DNA of 64,000 nucleotides, from assembly GCA_965153455.1 (NCBI GenBank), contig OZ234493.1:17784213-17848212 (forward strand), read 5' to 3'. Position 1 is the stretch's first letter. Each line of letters opens with the position of its first letter. The notes beneath the pieces are model-generated. The model did no database searches. It was given only the letters and a program-made list of their open reading frames with translations, and had not been told where the DNA came from. The stretch is from Sphagnum compactum (taxonomy: Eukaryota). Positions 14,098 through 26,125 of this stretch are shown here, one piece after another. A program made the position numbers and the translations under genes.

Positions 14098-14112
14098 TGG
14101 CGGCGGCAGCAG
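14098..14112 (+). promoter_or_regulatory. GCC-box-like element upstream of the SHI/STY gene
   Basis: TGGCGGCGGCAGCAG about 1 kb upstream of the coding region. SHI/STY promoters are known to carry a conserved GGCGGC GCC-box-like element. Confidence 0.5.
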
Positions 14113-15106
14113 CCGTCGTCTTCTTCGGCGTCTGGCCGTCGGCGTGGTGCTCCGGGCGTCTGTCTCTTGGCTCTGGTGCGCTTGTGTTCTCGACTGCTTT
14201 TGCCCTACCCAAACACTCAGAGCTTGGCTGCACTTGTTGCCGGACAGAGGAGAAGCTTACCCATTCCTCGGAAGCGCTGCAAGTAAGCTGGAGATGAGTG
14301 GGAGAAGAAAGAGCTTCTTCTTCTGAAGAGATGTCAGAGTGGGAGCTTCTTCTTCTAGGAGTGTTCTGGCAGAGATGGTTTTGGTAATTGAAGATGGTTG
14401 CTACTGAGCAGTAAAGCATTTTGGGTTTCTGTCGAGGCCTCTTTTTTGTTTTTTTTGTTTTTGGTTCTACTTTCTCCCGTGCTGCTACTGCAACGGGTGG
14501 TGGGGTTGGATTGTAGTTCAGGAGAAGTTGACGAAGAGTTGAGGAAGAGTGTTTTTGTTTGTGTTTTTGGGAGTAAGGACGGGAAGAGGTTTTAGAGGTG
14601 TGTTGGTTGTTTTGGATTCGGGGTCAAGGGCGTTTGGGCGGTGTTGGTTTTGGTAAAGCGCGAGTGGGGTAGTGAGTGCACGGCTGGTTGCTTTGTGTGT
14701 GCCAGTCCCACGCAGGAGGAGGGAGTTTTGGATGTGAGAGAGAGGCTTGTCGATGAGTGGTGAGTCAAGAGGCTTTTTGTTCCTGATGTTGTGGGATTTA
14801 CGAGGGTTTTGGAAAGCAGTTGTAGGTGTGTTTTGCTTTTGAGAGAGTTGTGTGTGTGTGAGAGAGAGAGAGAGGAAGCAAAGAGTTGGAGAAAAAGGAA
14901 GAGGAACAAGAGGGAGGGGGAGGAGGAAGAGAAGTGAATCTCCTCCCCTTCTAGAGAAAGATCAGAAGAAAAGTCCAGAGAGAAAAAAGAGAGAGCAGGA
15001 ATCCCGGTGTTCAAAGAGGAGGAGAGAGAGAGGAATCTGTTGCGAGAGAGATTTGTGCAGACGAGTTGGGGGGGGGGGGGAGGTGGGGATCTCGAGGAGG
15101 GGCATT

Positions 15107-15959
15107 GTGGCGCGGGTTGTGGCAACTGAAGGGGGGGGAGGAGGAGGAAGCGACCCCAGAGACGACCCAACAGCGTTGAAAGAAGGGGATCTCTCGCTAG
15201 GCTACGCATACGCGCGCACCACCCTCCCTCCCGCTGCGCTCACAAACGCCATCCCCTGGGGCAGGGCCCCAGTCTATGGCACGCATCATCACCATCATCA
15301 TCGAGAAATCTACCACAACATTCTGAGCAGCAGAGGAGGTGGGGACTCAGACGGAGGAGTTGGTGATTATGGAGCTGCTGCTGCCACCCATGGAGCACCA
15401 TCACCTCATGGCGTAAGAAGCCATGGTTCTAGTGCTCATGTAGTTCACCATGTAGGAGGATCACTGCAGCAACATGGAGCAGCAGCAGCAGGATATGAAT
15501 CCAGAGAAGTTCTAAGGACTCAAGACACAGCTCTTGCAGCTGTCAATTTTGACGAGGAAGAAGACGAGGAGGCCGAAGAAGGGAGCAGCAATAGCGGTAG
15601 CGGTGGTGTGGGAAAGCAGCAAGGGACTGCAAGGAACAACCACCCATCATCAATAGGCCAGCAGGGCTGGCCGTTGTCTGTGAGACAACAGCAACAACAT
15701 CAAGAAGAAGAGGAAGAAGAAGGAGAAGAAGACGTGGCAACAACAACAACGCAGGGCATGAATGTACAAAGCTTGCAACAGCATAACCCCTCACATGGGG
15801 TGGTGGTTGCACCACCCGAACCTGACAACCATCTCCGTCTCCATGGTACACTATCATCTCTCTGATTGTCTTGTTCGGGCTTGCTTGTGGTGTGAAGGGT
15901 TTTGTTTTTTTTTCTGTGTCTGGCTTCTGAGGGTGCTTTAGGTTTTGAAGGTTTCTTCT

Positions 15960-15991
<32 letters not shown>

Positions 15992-18225
15992 ACTTTGTGC
16001 TGTTGTTATGCTTGGATTCTTTTGTGAAGGTGGATTTAATTTGTTTCTTTTTCAAAGGGGGGATTGGATTCTTAGGTTGCCTTAGGTTTTGAAGGTTTTT
16101 TCCTCTGCTGTTATGGTTGGATTCTTTTTCAAAGGGGGATTGGATTGTTTTTGCCGCTCTGATTTTGTCTTGCTTTCGGGTGTGTGTGTGTTCAAGAACC
16201 ACGAGCTGAAGAGCTCTGGGGAGGAGGAGCAGGAGGTGTAAAGGGAAATGAGATTGTGGTGCAGCAGCAAATAGGAGGAGGAGCAGGAGGAGGAGGAGCA
16301 CCAGTAGCAGGTGCTTTGACAACGGGAACAGGATCATCAGCATGTCAAGAATGTGGAAACCAAGCGAAGAAAGATTGCTCATACCGTCGGTGTCGCACCT
16401 GTTGCAAGAGCCGAGGCTTTGATTGTACCACTCATTTGAAGAGTACTTGGGTTCCAGCAGCAAAGCGGCGGGAACGACAGGCAGCCGAATCAGCTGCTGC
16501 TGCCGCTGCCTCTGCTGGACTCCTTCGTCCCAAGTCATCAAAACGTGCTCGTAATACACTGGTGGGCAATGTTGTAAATTCTCTCACCACTACCTCTGCT
16601 ACATCTCCACGCGGTGGCTCTGATCTCAACTCTGCTCACCTCACCTCAACTCATCCGTCTCAACCAAGTACAGCAGCTGTCTGATCTCTAATTGCATGAA
16701 TTTTTACTTTCCTTTTGTTCAAAGTCCTCTATTTTTTTGTGAAGGAAGGAATTTGTTTCACCACATGTGATGATGATACTTGTGAAAGAAGAACTCAAGA
16801 AAGCATATCCTGTGAATTAGGGTTTAGGGTTTAGGTGTTTTGTGAATGTAGTAATGTGCTCTGACATAGTTATATCCAAATGTGTGGAATCAATCAATGA
16901 CATCAGCCTCAGCAAAGGGTGGACTTCCTCCTGAAGTGAGAGCACAGGCACTGTTCAAGTGTGTGAGATTAATGGGCGTGGAAGATGGCGAGAACGAGTT
17001 TGCATATCAGGCAACTGTCAAAATTGGGGGCCATATTTTCAAAGGTGTGCTATATGATCAAGGCGTTGACAATGGCCAACCTGTGGCACAATCTTTGGGT
17101 GAATTGCAGCTGGGTGGGAGCCGAGGTGGCATGCCATCTTCTTCTGCACTGATTGACCCTGCGTCTCTGTATGTCTCTGGGAGTGCACTCTTGGGAGGTA
17201 AGCCATCTACAGACAATTGTGAGAAACTCTTCTTTAAATTATCAGTGTAATCTGTTTGTTGTCTTTCTTGCCCAAATGAGGACAGAATACTATCCAGACT
17301 TTTTGCCTTCCACTATGTCTTCAGTGCTAGGCAAAATCATGAACTGAGTCTTCCTGTTGCTTCCAGAAGAAAATACAACAGAAATTCAGGATGCAGATTC
17401 TGTATAATGGTTTGCCTGAGATTTTGGGTAGTCATGGCACTTCATCATCACTGCTATTTGTGATGATAAAGCTAAATGGTCTGACACTTTATGAGTGACT
17501 CTTGTAAGGTTACGACTGACCATGTTCATTTTCATGTTACCTTTCAACGTGTGGTTGTGAAGATGTCTTTTAAGACAATTCTTTAGGAAACAGCTATCAA
17601 GAGGCATGGTGAAAAAACAGATGACTGTCCGAAATATTAGCCAAAACTGGATGATCATGAAAATAGTGCTAGTTCTGCATATTGATGAAAGGTTTGTGTT
17701 GTTGTCTGGTGTGGTGAATGCAGCTTTGCGATGATAAGAGTATACACATGAGAGTAGATCAGGTGGCAAAGGAAGGAAGGAAGGAAGGATTTTTTTTTGT
17801 GGGTGAAAATGTTTCCAAATCAATCCTATCCCTATCCTTATCCTACTCTCCCCCCCTTGTGCAGGAAGTAGGTGTGTTTCTTTGCACCAAAATTTGTTCA
17901 GGAAAAAACCGTTTGTTGTTATGATAGGTTGTCTCAATCTGAAGACTAAAGACTGGAAGAGTTGTTTTTTTTTTGGGGGTGTCAAAATTGTGTCAAAAAA
18001 TTGTGTGGAATTTTTGTGGGGAAAGAAATCTTTCATCTGAATTTTCAAACTCACTCCCTGTGAATGAAAAATGTCACAGGGATATGAGTGAATGTAATGA
18101 GAGTATTTGAGAGGAGAATGGTTTACTGTTTGTGTAAGTAGAACCTTTTGTCTTTGGTGGTTCAAATCATTATCTTCTCTTAACTCGCAGGTGCACAAGA
18201 CTACGAAGGTGCAGCATGCATCTGA
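15107..18225 (+). CDS. SHI: SHI/STY (SRS, LRP1-like) RING-like zinc-finger transcription factor
   Basis: Zinc finger [46 protein letters not shown] and IGGH domain [20 protein letters not shown]. Predicted exons ~15107-15845, 16197-16667, 16907(or 16913)-17197 and 18191-18225, all GT-AG phase 1. Start codon and last exon are uncertain. Confidence 0.92.
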
Positions 18226-18454
18226 GTACACAGGCAGAAGCAGCAGCAATTACGCACGCCCATTGTTGTTCATTCAGCTTTGTCACCCAAGCACAAAATG
18301 CTGTATCAGACGCTGTCAAAGAAAACCCACTTGAGTTTTGACCATGAAAACATGCTTTTGTTCATTTCCAATTTTCTTACTTAATTTGTCTATTTGCAAT
18401 TGCAGTGATATGCAATGCTGTGACTATGATGTGAATGCATAACAACAATCTGGG

Positions 18455-18525
18455 TGTGTTGGCCAGTGCAAATTAGCGGGATCTGGCTTTTAACTGTAAC
18501 CTGGGGTTCCAGTTCAGGCACCTTT
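18455..18525 (+). mobile_element. Degenerate tRNA-Lys-like SINE head (tentative)
   Basis: A-box-like TGGCCAGTG, anticodon-like CTGGCTTTTAACTG and B-box-like GGGTTCCAGTTC. It does not fold as a full tRNA. Confidence 0.25.
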
Positions 18526-19119
18526 TTGTTTAGGGGAGGTACTTTGCGGCTGGTTCTTTAAACCCACCGGGGCACCATGCAGGATGAGTAGTGTGGTGTG
18601 TGGGTAGAAAACACGTATATGGCCATAGAACTGGACTATATCTTAACTATAGTAGTCAACTATGTACTAACTGTACACAATGTATTTAACTAACTAGTAG
18701 CCAACCCAGGTGACTTCACTACCTAGTTACGCAGTAACCATTTAAATTCCCTTCCCTTATGATAAGTTCCCACTCACTTGGGTAGTCCTAGTTCCACCCT
18801 CGCATGTCCCACCTCACATTGCCTAGTCGAAAGTGTGAAAGTATCATAGGGAAGTAGGGAAGGTTTACAGGGTAAGTTACCAAGGTGGAACTCAGTTGCA
18901 CTTTTTTAATCCCCAAGTGAGTCATAAGGGCATGGTAGGCTGATGTTACTGAGGTGGGACTTAGTTGTGTTTCATCCACAACCGAGTCATAACTGAGTCG
19001 TAACTGCAATGGATGGAACACTGGTTAGTGCTGGGTCATATAATATGTGTTTTAGTTCATCCTTGAGCTGTTAATACTCTTAGCGGAGTTAGTTATGTAT
19101 TTGGGGCAGGGTTTCCCAG

Positions 19120-19330
19120 GCCAGGGTGAACCCGTGCACCCACAGTGGTACCTTCACCTTTTTGTGTGAGGCCTTTTAGTGATCATATTAAGCCCAAAAA
19201 ATGTCAGTTTTGAACTCAGAGATCCTGATTTAGTCTAAGTATGGGATATTTGTAAAATATTTAGAAATAATTTAAATGGATTGTGGGATTTTTACCATGG
19301 TACCAATGAGCGGGCTTGTTCACCCAAGGC
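19120..19330. mobile_element. MITE with imperfect ~30-bp TIRs
   Basis: Left end CCAGGGTGAACCCGTGCACCCACAGTGGTACC versus right end reverse-complemented CCTTGGGTGAACAAGCCCGCTCATTGGTACC. A related end lies at 893-1020. Confidence 0.6.
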
Positions 19331-21029
19331 AGCTTTCCTCAGGCGACTTCCAGGATATAACTTGTTTGGAATGGGGGTTAAGTGTAAGTTGAAGAGCAGG
19401 CTATCCTGGAAGTCTCAAGGGGGAAGACTCACACTTGTGAAAAAGCCTATTGACATTTTTCATTTCGTGATTTTGTGTTTTGGATCTGACACAAGATCAT
19501 TTTGGATCTATAGTTGATAAGTTCAGTTGAATCTTCCTTGATTTGTGTTTTGGGACTCAACCTTTGTTGCTTTGTTCATAGGTTTTTATATTGTCTACTG
19601 GCAATCTTGACATGGCAATTTTCTTGTTTGATTGTCATTGTGATACCACACATTGTGGTGCATTTATGATTGAATGATGACATATGTTGAATTTCTATTC
19701 AGAAGCCCCGTGCATAGGTACTAACTAGTAAATTTAGTCTCTATTTTAATGATAAAATATAGTCAATGCAATTGGGGTTGCAAGTTGCAGGTTGCTCTTA
19801 ACTTGGGTTGACTCTTTTTGTATCAAGCATGATTGTCAATTACCGCATCCCTACTCGGACAGGTTACATAGTCAATGCAATTTCGACTTGCTACTTAATG
19901 TAGCGGTTCTTGCCATTTTTGCAGGAGGGCCCCATTGTTTATGGTGTTCAAAGAGTAGATGGAGGACCCCTCCTCTTTGTGCATCTATTGCATTAAAAAT
20001 AAGCAAAAATGGATGAGAGGTGAAAAAGTTATGATCCCCCGAAGTAAGGGGGGTTAATTTTACAGAAATTTCTTGTTCAATTTCTTGGTTGAACAGCTCA
20101 TAGCCTATTTTCGAACCTCTCAAAAAATCCTTAAATATTACTCTGTTGCCTTTAGAGTTACAAGATGATTTGTAAAGCTTAAGCTGGTGATTTCAGAGCA
20201 GTTTAAGTCGCTCAATTCAAACAAATATGAAGTAGGAGGGGTCAAAATGAAGAAAAATGGAAAAAAATTGCGTTTTGCAATTCAAAGAAAAGTATTTTCT
20301 TTACTGCTCTTTATTGCCTGCTCCTTCAGCTTTGCATTCCAAAGAAGATTTGTAAAGCTTGAGAAGGTCACTCAAAATGGAGAAGAATTGAGAAAGATCT
20401 GCCAAAGTGTTCGGTGATAGGCTAATATTCGATGATGGGCCAGTTTACCCTAACCCACTGGGGTAGACTCTTTCATTGTAAGCACAATTACCCATCCCTA
20501 GGACTCACATGCTTGGGGGGGATATTATGTGTAGTTTCCTCATGAGAAGGATACATGCATAATCCTAGGCATGAGGTAATTGTGCCTGTGGCATCCATAA
20601 AACCCGCAGTTCTTTAAAATTCAAATAATCACAGATCACCACTGGTCTGTTCCTGTTTCTAATAACTGCCCAACACTGGTGATTGTGCCTTGGGAAGTGC
20701 CCCATATAATAGAGCGGGAAAAACTTCGAAGGGGCTATCTGGGTCCTTACTTATTACTCTGTTGGCAGGACTAGGTAGTAGGCGCCTTGGGCATGGCTAC
20801 AAGCTCCAAGAAAAGCCATGTCAAGGCATGGGATCAACACTCAGAGTAGTAGTTTGATTAACATGTAGTCAGTGCAAATGTGGGCAATACTGCACATGGT
20901 CAAGATTGCTATCTTACTTCTTTGCCTATTTTTAGCTCATGAAAAATTGTGCATAGTGGAAGTTGCTACCTACCTCTGCCTACTTTTAGCTCATGTTCTA
21001 CCTATAACGAGCCTCTTGACTTATTTCAC

Positions 21030-21940
21030 AAAAGAGAAGAGATGGACAAATCAAATGCAAAATCATAGATAGAAGAAAAAACAAAGAGATTGGACAACTC
21101 AAATGCAAAATCCTAGATAGAAGAAAAAACAAAGAGATGGACAAATCAAATGCAAAATCCTAGATGGAAGAAAAAACAAAGAGATGGACAAATCAAATGC
21201 AAAATCATAGTGAGAAGAAAAAACAAGAAATCAAATGCAAAAACATAGATAGAAGAAAAGCAAAGAGATGGTCAAATCGAATGCAAAAACATAAATAGAA
21301 AAAAAACAAAGGGATGGTCAAATCGAATGCAAAAACATAGATAGAAGAAAAACAAAGGGATAGTCAAATTGAATGCAAAAACATAGATAGAAGAAAAACA
21401 AAGGGATGGACAAATCAAATGCAAAATCTTAGATAGAAGAAAAAACAAATAGATGGGCAAATCAAATGCAAAATCATAGATAGAAGAAAAGCAAAGAGAT
21501 GGACAAATTGAATCCAAAAACATAGGTAGAAGAAAAACAAAGAGATGGACAAATCAAATGCAAAAACATAGATAGAAGAAAAACAAAGAGATGGATAAAT
21601 TGAATGCAAAATCATAGAAGAAACAAAGAGATGGGGGAATTAAAATGACAACTACAGATAGAAGAAAAACAAAGAGATGGATAAATTGAATGCAAAATCA
21701 TAGAAGAAACAAAGAGATGGGGGAATTAAAATGACAACTACAGATAGAAGAAAAACAAAGAGATGGGGCAATTAAAATCGTGAATATAGACAGAAGAGAA
21801 ACAAAGAGATGGGGCCATTAATGTCGTGAATATAGATAGAAGAAAAACAAAGAGATGAGGCAATTAAAATCATGAATATAGATGGAAGAAAAACAAAGAG
21901 ATGGGACTATTAAACTTCCAAACATAGGATAGAAGAAAGA
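21030..21940. repeat. Minisatellite, ~20 units of ~46 bp
   Basis: Unit GATAGAAGAAAAACAAAGAGATGGACAAATCAAATGCAAAATCATA; spacing of 46 nt (e.g. 21481 and 21527). Confidence 0.95.
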
Positions 21941-22538
21941 TATGTTCCTGTTGGAAAAAAACAAAAGTAGTGTGAGGATGAATGGTGCATTCTTTGCACC
22001 TTTGAAGAACACCTAATACAATGGAATTATTTTTTGGCTGCACATACAAGGGTGGGAAAAAAGTTTCTCACTGTTACTAGATTTCAATTTTTTTACAGTT
22101 TACTCATATCAAAAACCCCATGTCTTCTCATAAGAATGGAGGGTCTTACCACACACACCCAAGTGTGGAAGAATGGAGTAGACTTGAAAGAGAGACAAAG
22201 GAGAGACTAGTAGTACACGAGCCCTCTGCTATAGAGAACAAAGTGAGAAGGGACAGATTTCTGCTGTATACATGCAGCAGACTGACGGACAGAAGGCCAT
22301 GTGAATAACTACAAACTCTACTACTATCGTTTTTTGAACTACCAAAGAATCAATCAACAGAAGCTTGCATGAGGAGACTTTCTCACCTGTTCCAATATCT
22401 TTAAGGTTTGATCCCCCACAGGCACCAAACATTTGGAGAAGTGGAATGTTTGTGCAGATGAGTAATTTCACTGCCCCCATAAGACTCTGTGCTGGGGGCT
22501 CCAAGAAAAAGCACAAGAAAAAAAATTGTCAGCTCAAA

Positions 22539-25500
22539 CTACAATGACGGTATTAGAGACTTTGCAGTGACAGGAACAGACTTGGAGTTGGTGATGTAGG
22601 AGACAATGACGGTGATATCATCCATTTTGCCTCCATAGAACCTGAAACCTGCCTCTTGTGCTGCTGTGGAGAAAGGGGTTTGACGATTCCTGTCTTCAGC
22701 TCGCTCTCTTGCTAAAGCCACTAACTTTTGGGCTGTAAGCTGAGGGCCATGGCCTGCCCTTGTTGAACGGACTACCACTCCTGTCAATTCATTATCGTAC
22801 ACATTGTCAAACAGGCCATCTGTGCCTGCAACAATTACATCTCCAGCTGCCACTGGCAAGGAAAATACCTGCAGAGAGAGGAAGGAATCAGCAGTTCAGA
22901 AATCCTCACATAACCATGAAACTCAGTAGCAAAATACCAACAAAGGGGGGGGGTTACAAGGTACTCAATCCCAACTAAAATTATAACTGTTGTGCAAGTC
23001 TACTCATGTCTGCCACAAAAGACCCACCAGAAAGCTCTCACCAACAATTAGCTTATTGAGCAAAGTACCTCAGCAGCACTGGGGGGGTCACTTCCACCAC
23101 TTTCCAGTTGGAAGGGAATGTTAAACTGGTGCTGCTGCACAGGTGACTTGAAAACAGTGCGCCCATTTCTCATTAACAGAAAACCACTGTCACCAAGATT
23201 TGCTGCTTGCAACCCCTGTGTAACAATACAACCAGATGAACTTTCTGCAGAAAAACCTAACTCATGAGAAATCATCAATTCCTGTGCTTCCTTCTAGTAC
23301 CTGACCTCTCATTTCTTGCTTATATTTCCACAAACTTACAGTGAAATGCTTTTTCTTCACTTCATTACATATTAAGATTGTATCACAGCAATGTGGAAAG
23401 AAACTTGTGGCATGACCCCATACTGAGCTGGCCGATTATGGTCCACACACCAGCAGGTGAAAACTAAAGAAAGGTGCAGAAATACTCACATAATCAGAGA
23501 GTGCAAGAATACATGCAGTTGATGAACCCCGGCATTTTGTTTTTGAGTGAGCACGAGCCATGACACGTGCAGGATCAATGAAACCTTGTGGCTCCTGGCA
23601 AACAGCAATCATTGATTGTGTCATGAGCTCCCTTGCATATTCACCAGCATCAACTCCCATATCCGCCCAACCTCCGACACCATCAGCCACTCCTACTACT
23701 TGTTCACTGGAACAGATGAAATAGGCATCATCTCCTCCGGTCTTCACCTTTTTCGGATGCGGCAGACAGCAGGCACCTGAGAGAAGCTGAAGTGATGGAC
23801 TTTCTACTCTTGACCTGCCACAAGAACAGTCAAAATTATTCAGGAACGGCAGAGGCTTCAGGAGGATGTTGTTAAACTCATGGGCAGCTCCAAAGGACAT
23901 CTTTATGAGATTGCAGATGAAAATCCACAACATATGACAAGAATGAGTGTGGCCAAAACCTCACTAATGTCAATCACAAAGTGTAAGACCATCACTTTCA
24001 TTGTGTACAGCAGTGACAAACTGCCATGAATCCCCACTGATGTCATCAGCTTGTGACAGTGGGGAGTAGATAAGCATAAATGATCTGCAGAAAATTTCAG
24101 GCAAAGTATCATGCAAACATCTGTGTACTGAGCTACTGTTGCATTTCCAGAAGCAATGAGAAAGACTCAGTCATGATGTTGGAGAGCACTCAAGAGACAT
24201 AGCTAATCAAAGAGTCAATTGTATCATCAGTCAAACTACAGCAAGCTGTGAGGGTAGGCTTCAATGAAATGAAGCTTGTCCCTGTAAAAGCAAGCATCTA
24301 AGCCTAAAGCATAGAGAGGCCTACATACAGGGTAGGGGTTGGGACCTCCTGCACCCAGAGCATATCCTTTGAACACACACTCCAAAGCAGCTCTAAAGTA
24401 CACTACACGACTGTTTATCAGAAGGCTAGTCGCATAACACTAGAGATCAAGGGGCACATAGTCTTGACTCTGTGCTTCTACCGAGCACTGGCAATTTCAT
24501 TAACTTTTACTTGGGAGGTGTGTGATTGCAACACCGTGAAATTAGTGGGGGCACAAATGGCAGGGGGATGACAGTGGGTAAAAAAGCCTTTTTTCTGCCC
24601 ATGTTGTATTCCCCAGACAATTCATCAGCAGAAGATATTCACAGGTCTAATCATGTAATCAGCTTCCATATCCATAATCCATCAATTCTCAGCAACCAGG
24701 CTTCATGATGATAAGCACAAAACCATGTCTGGTCGTAATAAGAAGCAATGAGAACATTAAGAGTAGTGGAGGGAAAATATGATTTTAAAACTACTATTCT
24801 CTTTGGGAAAATATGTTTCTCATGCACCATACCCAAGATCTAGATACAGATGTTGGAAACTGACAACCATAGAAGTTTCAATTATATTCCTTTTGTTTTG
24901 ACACTCAGCTCACAAGAACATGATTTGAGTTGGGGGCAGGCAGATGTCATACTCCTTGGGCCCAACTGGAATTTCATCCTCGCCATTTTGATCAAGTGCC
25001 AAGCCCAAAGAAGAGAGGTTTGTCCTTGCAAAGCTTGCATACTTTCCAACTACAGGAGAAGTAGCTCCTGAGTGAAAGAAACGGAAGGGGATAGACTGGC
25101 TGAACACATTTTGAATTCCTTGTGCCCCTTGAATTGTGATCCTTTCGAAGACCCTGTCATCAATACACTACAAACTACTCAGAGAAGAAGGTTCACAACA
25201 AGCAATCAATATACAGTAGTAGCTGACAGTTTATTGTCAAGCTGCAGGAGAACTCCCTTTGAGATGACCTAGGAATATAGACTGCAGGAGCTGCCACCAC
25301 AATATCCTATGAATATGAAGAGATGCTAAGCCAAGAGACCATGGCTGGAAACAATAGATTGCTGGGAATAATGTGCCAGAATTCCATCAGGTACCTGCCA
25401 GTTTCCAATCTCTCTCCTTCCCCTGATATCTTCCTCCTGACAGTGAACTCATCAACGATGTTGGATATCTTTGCACTGTGGAGAATTCTCAATTCTTTCT

Positions 25501-26125
25501 TGGCTTCAAAGCTGATGACGCTAAGCTTGGAGCTTGCATCGAGATCTGTGACATTCTCTCTGGGTCCAAGCCTTTGTTCCTTCCATTCCTCCTGAGTCTC
25601 TTCTGCAGCTGTGCAGATGGCATGATCCTTACAAATGCTTTTCTCACAGTTCAGGTGTTCTCTCCAACTCTCTTGAGGCAACCGTGAGGTGGCGGTGCTC
25701 ACAGTCACATGCACTCCACCATCTAGAGAAGTCGGATACCCCCCACAGCTCTGTACCAAGGGGCCATGAATTGAAGGTGTGGAAATTACTCGAGAGAGAG
25801 CAGCTGTGGCTGAGAGTGCCTTCTTCTCTCTTGCATAATTTCCAGGACTGGCAGTCACAGGAGAATGATCTGCTGTGGAACCACGGCTGGTTGAGAAGAG
25901 TTTTGACAAAAAGGCTGAGACAGAAGGATGTCGGGAAGAAGGGGGCGAGGAAGAACCAGAGTGAGAATGCAAGGGAGATGAAGGTCTAGTGTTTCGGGGG
26001 GAGCTTGAACTTCCTTTCTCAAATACAGTCTTTAGTCTGCCTGCCTGCAGCAAATCAGCTTTGTACCCTCCTGAGCTTGGTCTCAAACTTGCTCTCAGCT
26101 TCCAGAAGTTGTGCAGCGATGGCAT
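22539..26125 (-). CDS. Protein phosphatase 2C, PTC7-like (PP2C55/80 type) with long N-terminal extension, ~577 aa
   Basis: Motifs TGGDDAYF, GVADGVGGW, GSSTAC, ANLGDSGF, QQHQFNIPFQL, GTDGLFDN and GGKMDDITV. Exons 26125-25395, 25153-24953, 23814-23490, 23215-23069 and 22868-22539 join in frame (1734 nt) with GT-AG introns. A 5'UTR exon is likely near 27200-27400. Confidence 0.93.

Noticed and set aside
13895-15209. Minus-strand ORFs of 174 and 205 aa
   Set aside because: Shadow ORFs of the GC-rich, low-complexity SHI upstream region.
17386-18249. 287-aa minus-strand ORF
   Set aside because: Antisense to the last SHI intron, with a non-ATG start and no recognisable protein features.
19850-20410. 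Probable dispersed repeat/MITE
   Set aside because: It looks repeat-like, but no TIR, TSD or second copy could be demonstrated within this window.
21030-21940. CRISPR-like array or repeat-protein ORFs
   Set aside because: The variable segments are homologous to each other, and the ORFs are by-products of the minisatellite.
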